From NCBI GenBank assembly GCA_964016885.1, contig OZ024742.1, forward strand, positions 248,001 through 312,000: a stretch of DNA of 64,000 nucleotides. Reading direction: 5' to 3'. The notes under the pieces were generated by a model. It saw nothing but the letters and a program-made list of their open reading frames with translations. It did not search any database and was not told where the DNA came from. The position numbers and the translations under genes are program-made. Each line of letters opens with the position of its first letter. Position 1 is the stretch's first letter. Shown one piece after another: positions 48,245-62,528 of this stretch. Origin of the DNA: Eledone cirrhosa. Its lineage: Eukaryota.

Positions 48245-51200
48245 GGGGATCTTATTTAAACCTTAACCTTCTCGCTAACTACCCAATATCCCTCCCACCC
48301 GCCCCCACGCACCACCATTATTACGTGGGCCAATCATAAGTCAGAGGCCTATGCTATCACTTACCTGGTTGCCTTTCGATATGATGGATGGACTACGGAA
48401 TTCTGGAGAGTTGAAATGTAGGCACCTTAAAGGGTCGCTCTAACGAGGTTGTAGAAATGCTTGAACGTAAGGAGGTCGATGTTTGTTGTATTCAAGAGAC
48501 CAGGTGGAGAGGTGGGTCTGCTAGATTCATCGTGGGTAAAGAACGATGCTATAAGCTTTTCTGGGTGGGAAATGACAATGGTTACATGGTAGCAGAAAAG
48601 TGGGCAGATAAGATAATAGACGTAAATAGAGTGAACGACAAAATAATTAAAATAAGACTTGTCCTCAATAGAACTACGGTGACAGTAATATCTGCGTACG
48701 CACCCCAATCCGGACTGCCCGGCACTATAAAAGACAGATTCTATGAGACACTGATGCTCACTACCTCCCAAATATCCGACAGTGACTATATAATTATTGC
48801 TGGCGACCTAAATGGTCACGTTGGACAACATTGTGACGGCTACGACGGAATCCATGGAGGCTATGGGTTTGGTACTAGAAATGAGGAAGGCTCCAGCATC
48901 CTGGAATTCTGTGACGCAAATAACCTAACTATCTGTAACACTAACTTAAAAAAACGAGACAATCACTTGATCACCTATAGATCGGGGGAACACACAAGCC
49001 AGGTAGATTATATCCTTACCAGGAGACGTGACAGAGTGTCTGTTGTAAACACTAAATCCCCCCCCCCCCCCCCCCCCCCATGAAGAATGCACGTCTCAAC
49101 ATAGACTGATAATTAGCGACCTCATAGTCAGGACGAGACGTATTCGACAACAGAAGAGGACTATCCTCAGGAGAAAAATATGGAAATTAAAGGACCCCAC
49201 AGCCAGTCATAAATTTAAAAGCATATTACTTAATGCTTTTGATAGTAAGGAAGAGCAATTAGAGTCGTACAATATAGAGGAACAGTGGGAATTCCTGAAA
49301 GCTAACCTGCTGAAGGCGACAGATGAAACCTGTGGCTGGAGCAGGCCTATAGGCAGGAGGAGAGTAACTTGGTGGTGGAACAGTAAGGTGGAGAGGTCAA
49401 TCAAGGCCAAAAAGCAGGCTTGGAAAGCATGGCGGGATGGGGGAAGTAGAGAAGACAATCAAGTGGCCAGGAGGGAAGCTAGGAGACAAGTGTACTTCGC
49501 AAGAAGGGAAGCAGAGGAAAGAAAGTTCAAGCATGTTCTCCAACGCGAGGACCAAAAACGTGTGGTGTTCAGGATTGCTAGGCAATGTGTCAAGGAAAAC
49601 AGTGATATTGTCGGGGAGAAGTGTGTCCTAAATGATGATGGTGTAATTGCCATGACTGACGCTGATAAGGTAGCTTGGAAGTGTCACTACGAAAGGCTAC
49701 TAAATGAGGAGAATAATTGGGAGAAAGACAGTCTCCTCCACATTGACCCAATAGAGGGACCAGCAGTGCTAGTTGAAGGTAGTATAATAAGTAAGGCGAT
49801 CAAAGGCATGAAGACGGGTAAGGCGGCCGGGCCTTCGGAAATAGTTGCCGAAATGCTGAAAGCATCTGGAACGGTGGGACACACTATGGTCACCCGGATA
49901 GTAAAACAAGTCATACAGAATGGGGTTGTTCCGAAGGACTGGCGCAGCAGCATCATCATTAACTGCTACAGGGGTAAAGGTGATGCCCTAGATAGGAGTA
50001 ACTATAGAGGCATTAAATTAATTGACCAGGTCATGAAGGTCACGGAAAAAGTAATAGCGCAACTAATCAGAGAGCGAATTGATCTAGACGAAATGCAGTT
50101 CGGGTTTGTGTCAGGTAAAAGTACAACAGACGCTCTTTTCATTGTACGACAACTACAGGAGAAGTACCTAGCTAAAAGTAAACCCCTATACTTAGCTTTT
50201 GTTGACTTGGAGAAAGCCTTTGACAGAGTCCCCCGTTCCATTATCTGGTGGGCTTTTAGAAAACTAGGTGTTGATGAATGGCTTGTCAGAGCTATACAAG
50301 CCATGTATAAAGAAAGTCAGCAAGGTTAGAATTAACAACGAATATAGTGAAGAGTTTAGCATCAAAGTTGGTGTTCATCAGGGCTCCGTCCTTAGCCCCC
50401 TACTATTTATTATTGCCCTTCAGCCTATAACAGAGGAGTTCAAGACCGGCTGCCCATGGGAACTCCTATATGCAGATATTCTAACGCTCATAGCTGAATC
50501 AATGGCTGAACTAGAGAAGAAATTCCAAACATGGAAGCATGGCCTAGAATCAAAAGGCCTTAAAGTTAACTTGTCTAAGACTAAAGTTCTAGTTTGTATG
50601 AAGGAAAATAGGGCACCGGTCCCATCTGGTAAATGGCCATGCTCAGTGTGTAGGAAAGGAGTAGGTAGAAACTCCATTTTATGTCCTAAATGCAAAGTAT
50701 GGGTACATAAAAGATGTAGTGGGATCACAGGTAAGCTAACTAAGAATAGAGATTTTATATGTGGCCGGTGCTCTGGTGCAATAAGTAGCAGCAAGTGCCC
50801 ACAGAATACTAACTCATTCCATTGCACAGATGGTTCTATAGAAATAATGGACAGCTTACGTTACCTGGGTGATAAAATCAGCAGTGGGGGAAGGTGCTCT
50901 GAAAGTACAGTAGCTAGAGTCAGAACTGGATGGAAAAAGTTCAGAGAGCTTATACCACTATTGGCCGCTAAAGGGTTCTCTCTAAAAATGAAAGGCAGGC
51001 TGTACGATGCCTGCATTCGAACAGCAATGTTACATGGCAGTGAGACCTGGGCATTGTGTGCAGAGGATATACGCAGACTGGAGAGAAACGAAGCTTGCAT
51101 GCTCCGCTGGATGTGTAATAGTAATATACGTGAACGGCAAAGCATAAACGAACTAAGGGAGAAATTAGAAATAAGAGGGATTAGATGATGTTTACTCGAG

Positions 51201-51821
51201 AGAAGACTACGTTGGTATGGTCACGTGATGCGCATGAAAGACGACAGCTGTATAAAAAAGTGCAGGGCAATAAAAATAGACGGTAGCCAAGGAGTAGGCA
51301 GACCCAGAAAAACCTGGGACGACTTGATAAATTCCGACCTCACACACTTACACCTCTCCAAGACAATGTCACTGGACCGAGAGCTTTGGCGCTACACAGT
51401 AATAGAGAAGACCCGCCTTACCTAAGTACAAAGTGAAACCTACTACAGTCAGTAGGCACCTCTAACAAAATACACTCCCGTCCCACTACCCCCACCCCAT
51501 CCACACCACCCCTTTAAATGTAAAGTTATGTTGGTGCCACAACATCCAGCCCGAAACAAATGAGGTCGTGTAGGTGTCACGACAAAAAAACACAGTCCAC
51601 GCTGTAATGTGGTCGTGTAGGTAACACGGTAAAAACCTCCCAGTTCCACACTGTAAATGTGGTTGGTGTTAGGAAGGGCATCCAGCCGTAGAAAACCCAC
51701 CAGACAGTCCTATGCGAGCAAGACAACCACTCTTGCCTCAAGTGGGAACACTCCCATCCAAACCCATGCAAGCGTGGAATATGGACGTTAAACGATAATT
51801 CTGATGATGGTGATGATGATG

Positions 51822-51823
<2 letters not shown>
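48244..51823 (+). mobile_element. RTE-clade LINE, near full-length, disrupted (APE, RT, PHD-like finger)
   Basis: NVGTL..CIQETRW, SAYAPQ, GDLNGHVG, QVDYIL (APE); KAAGP, NYRGIKL, QFGF, FVDLEKAFDRVPR, GVHQGSVLSP, YADI, YLG, GSETW, RGRPRKTW-like end; (GAT)n tail; frameshifts at poly-C 49058-49079 and ~50310; stop at 51186. Confidence 0.95.
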
Positions 51824-51854
<31 letters not shown>

Positions 51855-52019
51855 CATAAATGTATATGGAAAGAAAGAGAAGAGTGAAGATAGGAAGACA
51901 AACAAGGAAGAGGAAATATTTACGTTTGTTTCTCATCTCTCTCTCTCTCAGAAAGGGTGAGAGAGAGATATAAGAATACATGTTTCAATGTAAAGACAAA
52001 GGTGAAACAAAATCCTATT

Positions 52020-52592
52020 CACACACACTCACCGACACACACACAGACACACACACCAACACACAGACACACCAACACACTGACACACACACACACTGAC
52101 ACGCACACACCAACACACACACACACCCACCAACACACTGACACACCCACCAACACACTGACACACACACACACCAACACACATACACTCACCGACACAC
52201 ACACAGACACACCAACACACAGACACACCAACACACTGACACACACACTCACCGACACACACACAGACACCCCAACACACTGACACACACACTCACCGAC
52301 ACACACACAGACACACCAACACACAGACACACCAACAAACTGACACACACACACACACTGACACACACACACCAACACACACACACCCACCAACACAGAC
52401 ACACCCACCAACACACTGACACACACACCCACCAACACACTGACACACACACACACCAACCAACACACTGACACACACACACACCAACCAACACACTGAC
52501 ACACCCACCAACACACTGACACACACACACACCCACCAACACACTGACACACCCACCAACACACTGACACACACACACACCAACACACGCAC
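52020..52592. repeat. CA-rich compound simple repeat
   Basis: Direct inspection (ACACACTGAC / CACCAACAC units). Confidence 0.9.
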
Positions 52593-52647
52593 CTGTCTAA
52601 TTTGCTTGGATTGAAAATAAGATGAAAATGAAGGGAGGAGGAGAGAA

Positions 52648-52990
52648 GTTATAATGGGGGGGACAACAACAAGAGGTTATAATGGGGGAGGGGACAACAA
52701 CAAGAGGTTATAATGGGGGAGGGGACAACAACAAGAGGTTATAATGGGGGAGGGGACAACAACAAGAGGTTATAATGGGGGAGGGGACAACAACAAGGTT
52801 ATAATGGGGGAGGGGACAACAACAAGAGGTTATAATGGGGGAGGGGACAACAACAAGAGGTTATAATGGGGGAGGGGACAACAAGAGGTTATAATGGGGG
52901 AGGAGTCAACAACAAGAGGTTATAATGGGGGTACAACAAGGGGTTATAATGGGGGGACAACAACAAGAGGTTATAATGGGGGGGGGGGGC
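52648..52990. repeat. 31-bp minisatellite (GTTATAATGGGGGAGGGGACAACAACAAGAG)n, ~11 units
   Basis: Period 31 at 52676, 52707, 52738, 52769. Confidence 0.92.
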
Positions 52991-53241
52991 AACAATTAGA
53001 ATCAAGGAATTTACTTCCATTGATCTAGACACAGGATCATTCCATGGAAAGAAGCAGGTAGAAATATTAACATTGAGGGAGTGAGAGGGGAGGGGACATT
53101 CACCCCTCCCCCACCTCATGTCAGTGGACTGTGTAGTAGAGAATGCAGAGTAATTGTCTTACTGTACACAGAACAAGTGTCAAGAACTGGGTTTGTCAGC
53201 TTCAGAAACAATAAATTGAAATTATTTTATTTGGGAGAATG

Positions 53242-53430
53242 AGGGGCTCATTGTAGAGCTATCCCACAGCACAAGTTACCCAGGGGTATGTTCTAGACCT
53301 AGCCCACAGCAAAGTTACCCAGTGGTATGTTGTAGGGCTAGCCCAGAGCAAAGTTACCCAGGGGCTCATTGTAGAGCTATCCCACAGCACAAGCTATGCA
53401 AGGGTATGTTGTTAGGCTAACCCAGGGGCT
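53242..53430. repeat. Diverged ~39-40-bp tandem repeat, ~4.5 units
   Basis: GGGTATGTTGTAG.GCTAGCCCACAGCAAAGTTACCCA-like units. Confidence 0.75.
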
Positions 53431-53664
53431 AGCTATGTCTAGAACCAATACAAGGGAGGCATCAGCCTTTGAGAAGGGGCCAGCAAAGGCTATATATGGG
53501 CAGATTGTGTTTTACTTTGCTTCCCTCATTCTTTTTCATTTATCATCTCCCTCTCCCTCTCTGTCTATGGGGAGGTGATAGCACATGTAATACCAAACAC
53601 TCTCGCTCACACTTATATGGACACGCTTATATCGTTATATGTATGTGCGTATATATATTTATAT

Positions 53665-53920
53665 ATCATCATCATCATCATTTTACATCCGCTTTTCCCT
53701 GCTTGCAAGGGTTGGACGGGTCCTATTCAGCACAGCATCTCTCCACCCGTCACGGTCCTTTGTCATCTCCTCCGCGAGTTTCAGCAATCTGAGGTCTGCT
53801 CTCACCACCTCCGCCCATGTTTTTCGTGGTCTACCTCTACTGCACCTTCCCTCTACTGGGACTTCCTGGCACTTCTTCACCCATCGGTCATCCTCCATGC
53901 CCATCACATGTCCATACCAT
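53665..53920 (-). mobile_element. RTE LINE 3' fragment
   Basis: WYGHVMGMEDDRWVKKC..GRPRKTWAEVV..DRDGWR; tail GCAAGCAGGGAAAAGCGGATGTAAAA(TGA)n. Confidence 0.88.
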
Positions 53921-54299
53921 ATATATACATACATACACTCGTGTGTGTGTAAATATCTGAATACACACGTGCTTTTTCCATTTGTTTCATTTCTCTCTAT
54001 TTTCCTATTTCGTCTTATTTCTCATTCTATCTTCTAATGAAGGACTGAGCCCGAAACATTAACACTATTTTCCTACTAGATCAAGCTTTAAACTTATAGA
54101 TTTCTTCATTGTACTGTGTTGTTTCCATTTAATTTTTATATACACACACACACTAAATGGTGTAGATGTAATGAAATTATTTGGACTGGGTGTAGTGGTT
54201 AGTGTCAGGCCTGGGGAAGAGTTGGGGGGGGGGGGCATATATGGATGACAAGTGAGGTGGAAGTGGTTGGGTGAAGAAGGTTTAAGGTCAGCCAGCTGT

Positions 54300-54560
54300 G
54301 AAGAGCAGGTGCCCTTTTTTTCTGGGTATCATCTAGGATATAACTCTGAGTGACAGCAGCCTCTGTCCCAGATCTAGGAGAAATACTCCATTGTACCCCT
54401 TACCTAAACATTGTTCGGAGTCACAATCTTAAATATTTTCTGATTCTGATGAGAAGGGTCAGTCTGGTAGATGCAGTTTTAGTTATGTTTAGGATGAGGG
54501 GTCACCATGAAAGCTCCTCAGTGATAGTGAGGCCATCTGGAACAAACATGAGGGATCTTC
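54300..54560 (-). mobile_element. Highly decayed CR1/L2-group LINE fragment (post-RT region)
   Basis: Manual translation: GLTITEELSW*PLILNITKTASTRLTLLIRIRKYL..VRGTMEYFS*IW..LDDTQKK. Confidence 0.55.
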
Positions 54561-54932
54561 TAATTGTGGGGCTGTCCATATTTAAGAGAAATGAGGTACC
54601 AGTGATTATATAGTTCAATACATTTACACAATAATAATAATTGATCTTTAATTGATTTGGTTTCAGTCATTTGAGATTGATCTGATATTATATAGCAGGG
54701 TAACGTCTTAGGTTTCAGCCATCATATCAATACCAGTACTTATTTTAATCTATTACTTATTATTGATTTCTACCAAACTACTACATTATGGGACAAAAGC
54801 AACAAAACACAGAGACACACAGACACACACTAAATATAAGCATGTTTCAAATTATATATTTATGCAGAGTTGTAATTATCATTTACCAAAACATTGCCCA
54901 CAGACTGTCCCATCTTTTGTCTGACCAATATC

Positions 54933-55277
54933 AGTTACTACTGCTACTATATATATATATAGGTTACTACTGCTAATATATATATTGTATATATATATAT
55001 ATATATAGGTTACTACTGCTAATATATATATTGTATATATATATATATATCGGTTACTACTGCTAATATATATATTGTATATATATATATATCGGTTACT
55101 ACTGCTAATATATATATTGTATATATATATATATATATAGGTTACTACTGCTAATATATATATTGTATATATATAGGTTACTACTGCTAATATATATATT
55201 GTATATATATATATATATAGGTTACTACTGCTAATATATATATATTGGTTACTACTGTTTATATATATATATATATA
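54933..55277. repeat. Minisatellite GGTTACTACTGCTAATATATATATTG(TA)n, ~9 variable-length units
   Basis: Direct inspection. Confidence 0.9.
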
Positions 55278-55522
55278 ATCAGTTGACAACCAAAGAGGTA
55301 CTTCAAATCATTTTATTAATGTCTACACACGTTTCAACTTCAATATTAACATATAATACTAACATATATTAACATATAATACTAAAGCCACGGCAGCACC
55401 TAGGAGAGTCCCAAAGAAATACAAGAATCACAGTCAATACTGGAAAGAAATTGAAGATGTATTAAAAGAAATAAAGAGAAAGTTATTTTATATCAGGAGA
55501 CACACAAACACAGTAATTACTA

Positions 55523-55687
55523 CCGTATTTCCCAGCACCTTAGAGACTTCGTCCTTGAAGACGCACCCTAATTTTGACAACCAAAAATTTGAAAAAAAAT
55601 AATAAACAACCTTCAGCCTCCAGGACACATGGTAGATTTGAGACTTATTTTAGGAAGAAATAGCATCTCTGACGCCGGGAAATACAG
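55523..55687. mobile_element. Tc2/pogo-like MITE, diverged
   Basis: TA|CCGTATTTCCCAGC ... GCCGGGAAATACAG imperfect TIRs; right TA not intact. Confidence 0.5.
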
Positions 55688-55734
55688 CAGTTTGTGCTAA
55701 ATAGGCCTAACTTTTTCAGCAATATATGTGTGTA

Positions 55735-55795
<61 letters not shown>

Positions 55796-56756
55796 GAATT
55801 TATCAAAGTGGTATTTACTTGATAGCAACATAAGTTCATTTGTCTGAATCAGCCCCAACAACAGTGAATGCTAGAGGAAATATTTTAGAGTGACAATGTT
55901 TAGATTTTGAGAGGGCCACAAAGGCATGAGACAGTGTGAGGACCTCATACAGGAAACAACAAACAATATACATGAACAAATAATACAGTGTGTGCTTCTT
56001 TTATTAATGCTCCACTCCATGTCACCCAACCCTACCAAAAAACACCACTAAGGTCTCTTGAGAGTTTAAAACACCACAAAAATGAACAATTAAATTATTA
56101 TTTAACTCTAACCAAATGAGATGATAACGCAGAGTAGGAATGTCATGGAAATACCTGGGGTGGATTAATAATTATCTAATTATCTCTCACACATGATACC
56201 TCAGTCACAAACACTTCAACAGGAATATTCAAACTTATGATAGATAGATAGATAGATATGTTTCTTTATTAGCCACCGGGGCACAAAAGGGGACAGATAG
56301 AAAGATAGAAAGATAGATAGATAGATAGAAAGATATTCAAAGCAGCAAATATCTAAGTCAACCAAATAAAGCAAACAAACAAACATACAAACAAAAAATA
56401 AAAACAAAACAAAAAACCCAACAGGTAACCTACCTGTGCAGAAATGGTGGTGATTGTTGGTTGACCAGGGAAAGGGGAATTGTGTGACAGGTAGATAGTT
56501 TTTAAAGGCTCTGTTATATCCAGTTTTAACTCGTGTGAGATTTAGGGAAATAAAGTCAAAACCCTGGGTTGCAGGGAGAGAAAGGAGGGGGAGAAGGGGT
56601 TAGAAATTGACTTCTTTTGGAAATAGCAGACGATGTATTTGCAGGTAACAGGTTGGAGAGGCCACAGCCTCCCTCCTTTCACCTCCACTTTCTCTCCATT
56701 AATTTCACTTCTAAGTAATCTTAACAATTCCAATACATCCAACTGACTTGCTTCAT

Positions 56757-57631
<875 letters not shown>

Positions 57632-57770
57632 AGGGGAGATGGAGAAGATGTGGTCTGACCAGTGAAGCTATTATTCAACTGGTTACTCGATATTTGAAAA
57701 TTATAATTATATATGTGTATATGTGTGTATGTGTGTATGTGTGTATATGTGTGTGTAATGTGTGTGTGTA

Positions 57771-57813
<43 letters not shown>

Positions 57814-57899
57814 CTGTGTATGTATATTCCTTCCACTTGCTTCACTGTTGCATTATGCCATGTCTTTATAGTCTCAGTAACGTGATGAGGTTTTCTATA

Positions 57900-58393
57900 G
57901 TCTCTTACTCTGTCTTACTCTCTCTCTCTCTCTTACTCTGTATTACTCTCTCTCTCTCTGTATTACTCTCTCTCTCTCTCTCTGTCTGTCTTACTCTCTC
58001 TCTCTCTCTCTCTGTCTTACTCTCTCTCTCTCTGTATTACTCTCTCTTTCTTACTGTATTACTCTCTCTCTCTCTCACTGTCTTACTCTCTCTCTCTCTG
58101 TCTTACTCTCTATCTCTGTCTTACTCTCTCTCTGTATTACTCTCTCTCTCTCTCTCTGTCTGTCTTACTCTCTCTCTCTCTCTCTCTGTCTTACTCTCTC
58201 TCTCTCTGTATTACTCTCTCTTTCTTACTGTATTACTCTCTCTCTCTCTCACTGTCTTACTCTCTCTCTCTCTGTCTTACTCTCTCTCTGTATTACTCTC
58301 TATCTCTGTCTTACTCTCTCTCTGTATTACTCTCTATCTCTGTCTTACTCTCTATCTCTGTCTTACTCTCTCTCTGTATTTCTCTCTCTCTCT
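57900..58393. repeat. CT-rich repeat with TCTTAC/TATTAC(TC)n units
   Basis: Direct inspection. Confidence 0.9.
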
Positions 58394-59014
58394 AATTAAT
58401 ACCTCCACAGTGTTTTACAATAAGTTAAAACATCTAAATTAATGATAATGTTGTAAACATCAAGGTAATAATGCTGCTGCTGCTGGTAATATTGTTGCTG
58501 GTCTTTCTGGCAGTGATTGCAACACCACCACCACCACCAGAGGGAGTGAGTGAGAGAGAGAAAGAGAGGGAGTAAGCGAGGGTGAGTGAGAGAGTGAGGT
58601 GTAATCATTATTCCAGTAGTAGTGCAGCTTGGAGAGAAATATATATATAGAGAGAGAGGGGGGAGAGGGGGTCTGCTCATCTGTTTATTGATGTGGAGGC
58701 AAAAACAACAACACCAATATTGAACACACAAAGACATGTAGGCACTATATACGTGTATACACACATGCAAGTGCACAAGCCTTTATAGACACATACACAC
58801 ACACAGACAAAGACACAGAGAGAGAGACACGCTTGTCTTCCACTTTACACACTAATGCTTCCCTTTCTCACCACATCAGTTCAACACTTCCAGTCTCCTC
58901 TCTCTCTCTCTCTCTCTCTCTGTATATATATATATATATCCTGGAGCTTCCAACAGTAATGGTTGCATTCTTTAAGGGTATGTCAATATTTATTTATAAA
59001 ACTGATCTATATTA

Positions 59015-59079
59015 TATTTTATCTGATGAAAGCACACCATAATTTAACTTGATGTCCTTGAAATATGTATAATGAAATA
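59015..59079 (+). ncRNA. Minimal type I hammerhead ribozyme, family A, within repeat copy 58975-59215
   Basis: TATTTTAT-CTGATGA-AAGCACACCA..TGATGTCCTT-GAAATATGTAT-A-ATGAAATA. Confidence 0.72.
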
Positions 59080-59219
59080 AATATGGTTTTATAAATATAG
59101 TTTCCATTTGTTAATATCGTATTTTTACTCCAAATATTTGTTGAGTGCTTTATATCAGTTATAAAAATATTTGCTTGTTGTATCCCAACAATTAAAATAG
59201 AACTTTTACATATATATAT

Positions 59220-59391
59220 ATAATAAATTTGAAGACCAAAATCCAAAGAGGGCTCGATAAGGATAAATATATATCAAATACATAAAAACTGTAGAGCAAA
59301 TATTTATTAAAATAACAGATTAAAGTTTAAGCAAGATCCCGTTAAGGGTGAAAGCAGCGATTCTTTGCTTAAACTTTAATCTGTTATTTTA

Positions 59392-59400
<9 letters not shown>
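59220..59400. mobile_element. Short fold-back derivative of the same PLE pLTR (hammerhead truncated)
   Basis: 59220-59334 matches 41983-42097; arms 59300-59334 and 59365-59399; (TA)n flanks. Confidence 0.85.
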
Positions 59401-59432
<32 letters not shown>

Positions 59433-59510
59433 TGTAGCTATGCAAACAACGGGGGGGGGGGGATAGGGCTAACGCCCTCTCGTGTTGTCCAGCAGAAGCA
59501 AGGGGGACAA

Positions 59511-59552
59511 CCGTCTATGTATTTCAGGCTGAACTGGCCTTCGTCAGGACGG
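59511..59552 (-). ncRNA. Minimal type I hammerhead ribozyme (GC-rich, separate family)
   Basis: Minus: CCGTC-CTGACGA-AGGC(CAGTTCA)GCCT-GAAATACAT-A-GACGG; stems I and II perfect. Confidence 0.8.
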
Positions 59553-59998
59553 TCCCTCCCACCGCTTGCGACTGCTGGCCTAGAAGACAGTGTGTGTTTA
59601 TATGTATGTGTGTGTATGTATGCACTTGTGTATATGTATGTGTGGGTATGTATGCACGTCTATATATATATGTATGCGTTGCTATCAAGCTATATCAGTG
59701 ACTCCTGGGCCAAACCTTCCCTACTTAAAGGCGACCTTCAAATACACTGTCACACACAGACTTACAGACACACACACTGACACACTCACAGACTAACACA
59801 CAGACACTTACACACACTAACATATTCAACTACACACACACTCACAGAAACTAACACATAGACACACACTAACATTCAACTACACACACACAGACTAATA
59901 CACACACTAACATATTCAACAGACTCCATCTTTCTATTCCATTCATCTCTTGTTCCTTCCTTTATTCGTTCTTCACTGAACACATCACAGATTTCAAG

Positions 59999-60045
<47 letters not shown>

Positions 60046-60136
60046 TATACACACACATATCTATATACATACGTATATACACACACACACACATATATAT
60101 ACATTTATATATATACATTTATATATACATATATAC

Positions 60137-60410
60137 AACTTTGATAACTTTGATAGGTTTCGGCCAGTATTGGCCCATGTCTAACTTAATAGCACCACCT
60201 GGCAGAGTCTTTCAAATCAGGATTTAGGCACCATGGCCCACTCAAGTAGAGAGTTATTGTTTACAGAGGCATATCCGGGTGTAGGAGGTTTATCTGGAAT
60301 TTCTAGAAGGAATTTGTCCAAAGACTTTTTGAACTTGATGGGGTCTGTCTCTGCTTTGATGTGTTTTGGTGTAATGTTAAAGAGAGCAGGGCCAATTGAG
60401 GTGAAATAAT
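60137..60410 (-). mobile_element. CR1-group LINE 3' end
   Basis: YFTSIGPALFNITPKHIK..KFKKSLDKFLLEIPDKPPTPGY..NNSLLEW, then short tandem tail (ATCAAAGTT)2. Confidence 0.65.
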
Positions 60411-60900
60411 GGAAAATTAAGAGTAGATGAATGGCTTGTGAAAGCTGTACAAGCCATGTATAGAGGAGCAGTCAGCAAAGTTAGAGTTAGCAATGACTAT
60501 AGCGAGGAATTTAGCATACAGGTCGGTGTCCACCAGGGCTCTGTTCTTAGCCCTTTCCTGTTCATTATAGTTTTGCAGGCAATAACGGAGGAGTTTAAGA
60601 CCGGATGCCCATTGGAACTCCTGAATGCGGATGATCTCGCACTTATAGCTGAATCCATGATGGAACTAGAGAGGAAATTCCAAACATGGAAGCAGGGACT
60701 AGAAAGAAAGGGTCTCAAAGTCAACTTGACAAAGACTAAGGTTCTTGTAAGTTTACAAGAAAACAGAACCCAGATTTCCTCAGGGAAATGGCCTTGCTCG
60801 GTATGTAGGAAAGGTGTAGGTAGGAACTCCATCCTCTGCCCTAAATGCAAACAATGGGTACACAAGAGATGTAGTGGGATCTCAGGAAGTTTAAGAAAAT
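60411..60900 (+). mobile_element. RTE LINE internal RT fragment related to 50260-50745
   Basis: GVHQGSVLSP, NADD, KWPCSVCRKGVGRNSILCPKCKQWVHKRC. Confidence 0.92.
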
Positions 60901-61344
60901 AAAAATTATTTTTATTTTCTTAAGTCGTATATTTTTTATTTTTATGTGACAGCCTATTGCATTATATGGTTGTTCATTGTTTTTTATTTTTTATTATAAT
61001 TAATTGTGTGTGTGCATATGTAGGTGTGTGTACATATATCTATATATGTGTGTGTGTATGTATGCGTGTATATATGTTTGTATGTATGTGTGTGTCTGTA
61101 CGTGTGTATATATGTATGATTATGTGTGTGTGTATATATATGTGTGTGTTTGTGTACTTATGTGTATGTGTATGTATGGATATATATATATATGTATATA
61201 AATGGAAAAAATGAAACAAAATTTCATTTCTCACTCTTAGTACGGCTGTTACTTAAATATAAGTATGTATACGTACATACATATATGTATACAGACGTAC
61301 AGTAGCATGTATATATATATACATACATGCACACATATATATAT

Positions 61345-61669
61345 GGAGGCACATGGCTTAGTGGTTAGAGCATTGGCCTTGCAATCGAAAGGTTGTGAGT
61401 TCAATTCTCAGACCGGGCGATGTGTTGTTTCCTTGAGCAAGGCACTTTATTTCACATAGCTCTAGTTTACTCAGCTGTATCATTCCACTGCAAAAGTGGT
61501 CGTGGAGGTGCCACGGCAAAAAAAAAAGCACCCATCACTCACTGTAAATGAGGTTGGTGTTAGGAAGGGCATCCAGCTGTAGAAATCAAGCCAGAATCAG
61601 TTCCCGTCCCACCCTTGCAAGCAGGGAAAAGTGGACGTAAAATGAAATGATGAAATGATGATGATGATG
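61345..61669 (+). mobile_element. tRNA-derived SINE with CORE-like domain and RTE-type tail (second copy)
   Basis: Aligns by eye along its length with 46163-46506. Confidence 0.85.
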
Positions 61670-62207
61670 GATTCACCGAACATTTATTATAATGCTCGGT
61701 GTGTTTGTAAACAAAAATCCCGAATTAAGCCGTACAGTGTCTAGCAACCATCGTTGCTCATTTGTTCAACACTGACAAAGGAACGCTGTACTAGTTTCAA
61801 GCTTATTAGCTATCGTCAGCAACATATACCTGATTGAACATCTGAAAGTATATACTTTCCTCATGCATATTAACGGCTGAGCAGCCTAATTTGCATATCG
61901 AGTGAGTTAATCGGCTGGGCGCACCGTAAACAATAGACGGAAAAAATGAAACGAAATTACGGCTGTTACTTAAATATAAGTATGTATACGTACATACATA
62001 TATGTATACAGACGTACAGTAGTATGTATATATATGTACATACATGCACATATATATATGTACGTATGGATTCACCAAACATTTATTATAATGCTTGGTG
62101 TGTTTGTAAACAAACATCCTGAATTAAGCAGTACAGTGTCTAGCAACCATTGTTGCTCATTTATATATATATGTATATATATATGTGTGTATATATGTGT
62201 GTGTATG

Positions 62208-62242
<35 letters not shown>

Positions 62243-62392
62243 ATGTATATGTGTGTGTGCGTGTGTGTGCATGTGTGTTTATCTACTTTTATATTTATTA
62301 TTTTTCCTTTCCGTCTTCCTATTCCAGCCTCACTTTCATATAGATTATATTTTTGTTTTTAAAATCCACTGTCAATAAATACACCAGGATTT

Positions 62393-62450
62393 TTTCATTC
62401 TGATGACTGAAAGATTTTGCTTGCTTTCAAGAAACCATTGGTAAATGAAA
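62393..62450 (+). ncRNA. Minimal type I hammerhead ribozyme (GUA site)
   Basis: TTTCATT-CTGATGA-cTGAAAG..CTTTCAa-GAAACCATTGGT-A-AATGAAA. Confidence 0.78.
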
Positions 62451-62528
62451 TAATTATCTTATGTTGTTTATTACATAACTATATATATAGAGATGTGAGA
62501 AAAACCACAGACCCTCCATCTCAACTCA

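Noticed and set aside
52998-53062. Possible small exon ending AAGCAG|GTAGAA
   Set aside because: No polypyrimidine acceptor and no recognisable product
54028-54070. Hammerhead CTAATGA-AGG..CCC-GAAACATT
   Set aside because: Core mutated and stems I and III do not pair; at most a dead relic
55282-55340. Minus-strand GAAACGTGTGTA hammerhead 3' half
   Set aside because: No CTGANGA half is present; possibly a truncated pLTR end but unsupported
61828-61858. CTGATTGA..GAAAGTATATACT hammerhead-like string
   Set aside because: Core has an insertion, and neither stem I nor stem II forms
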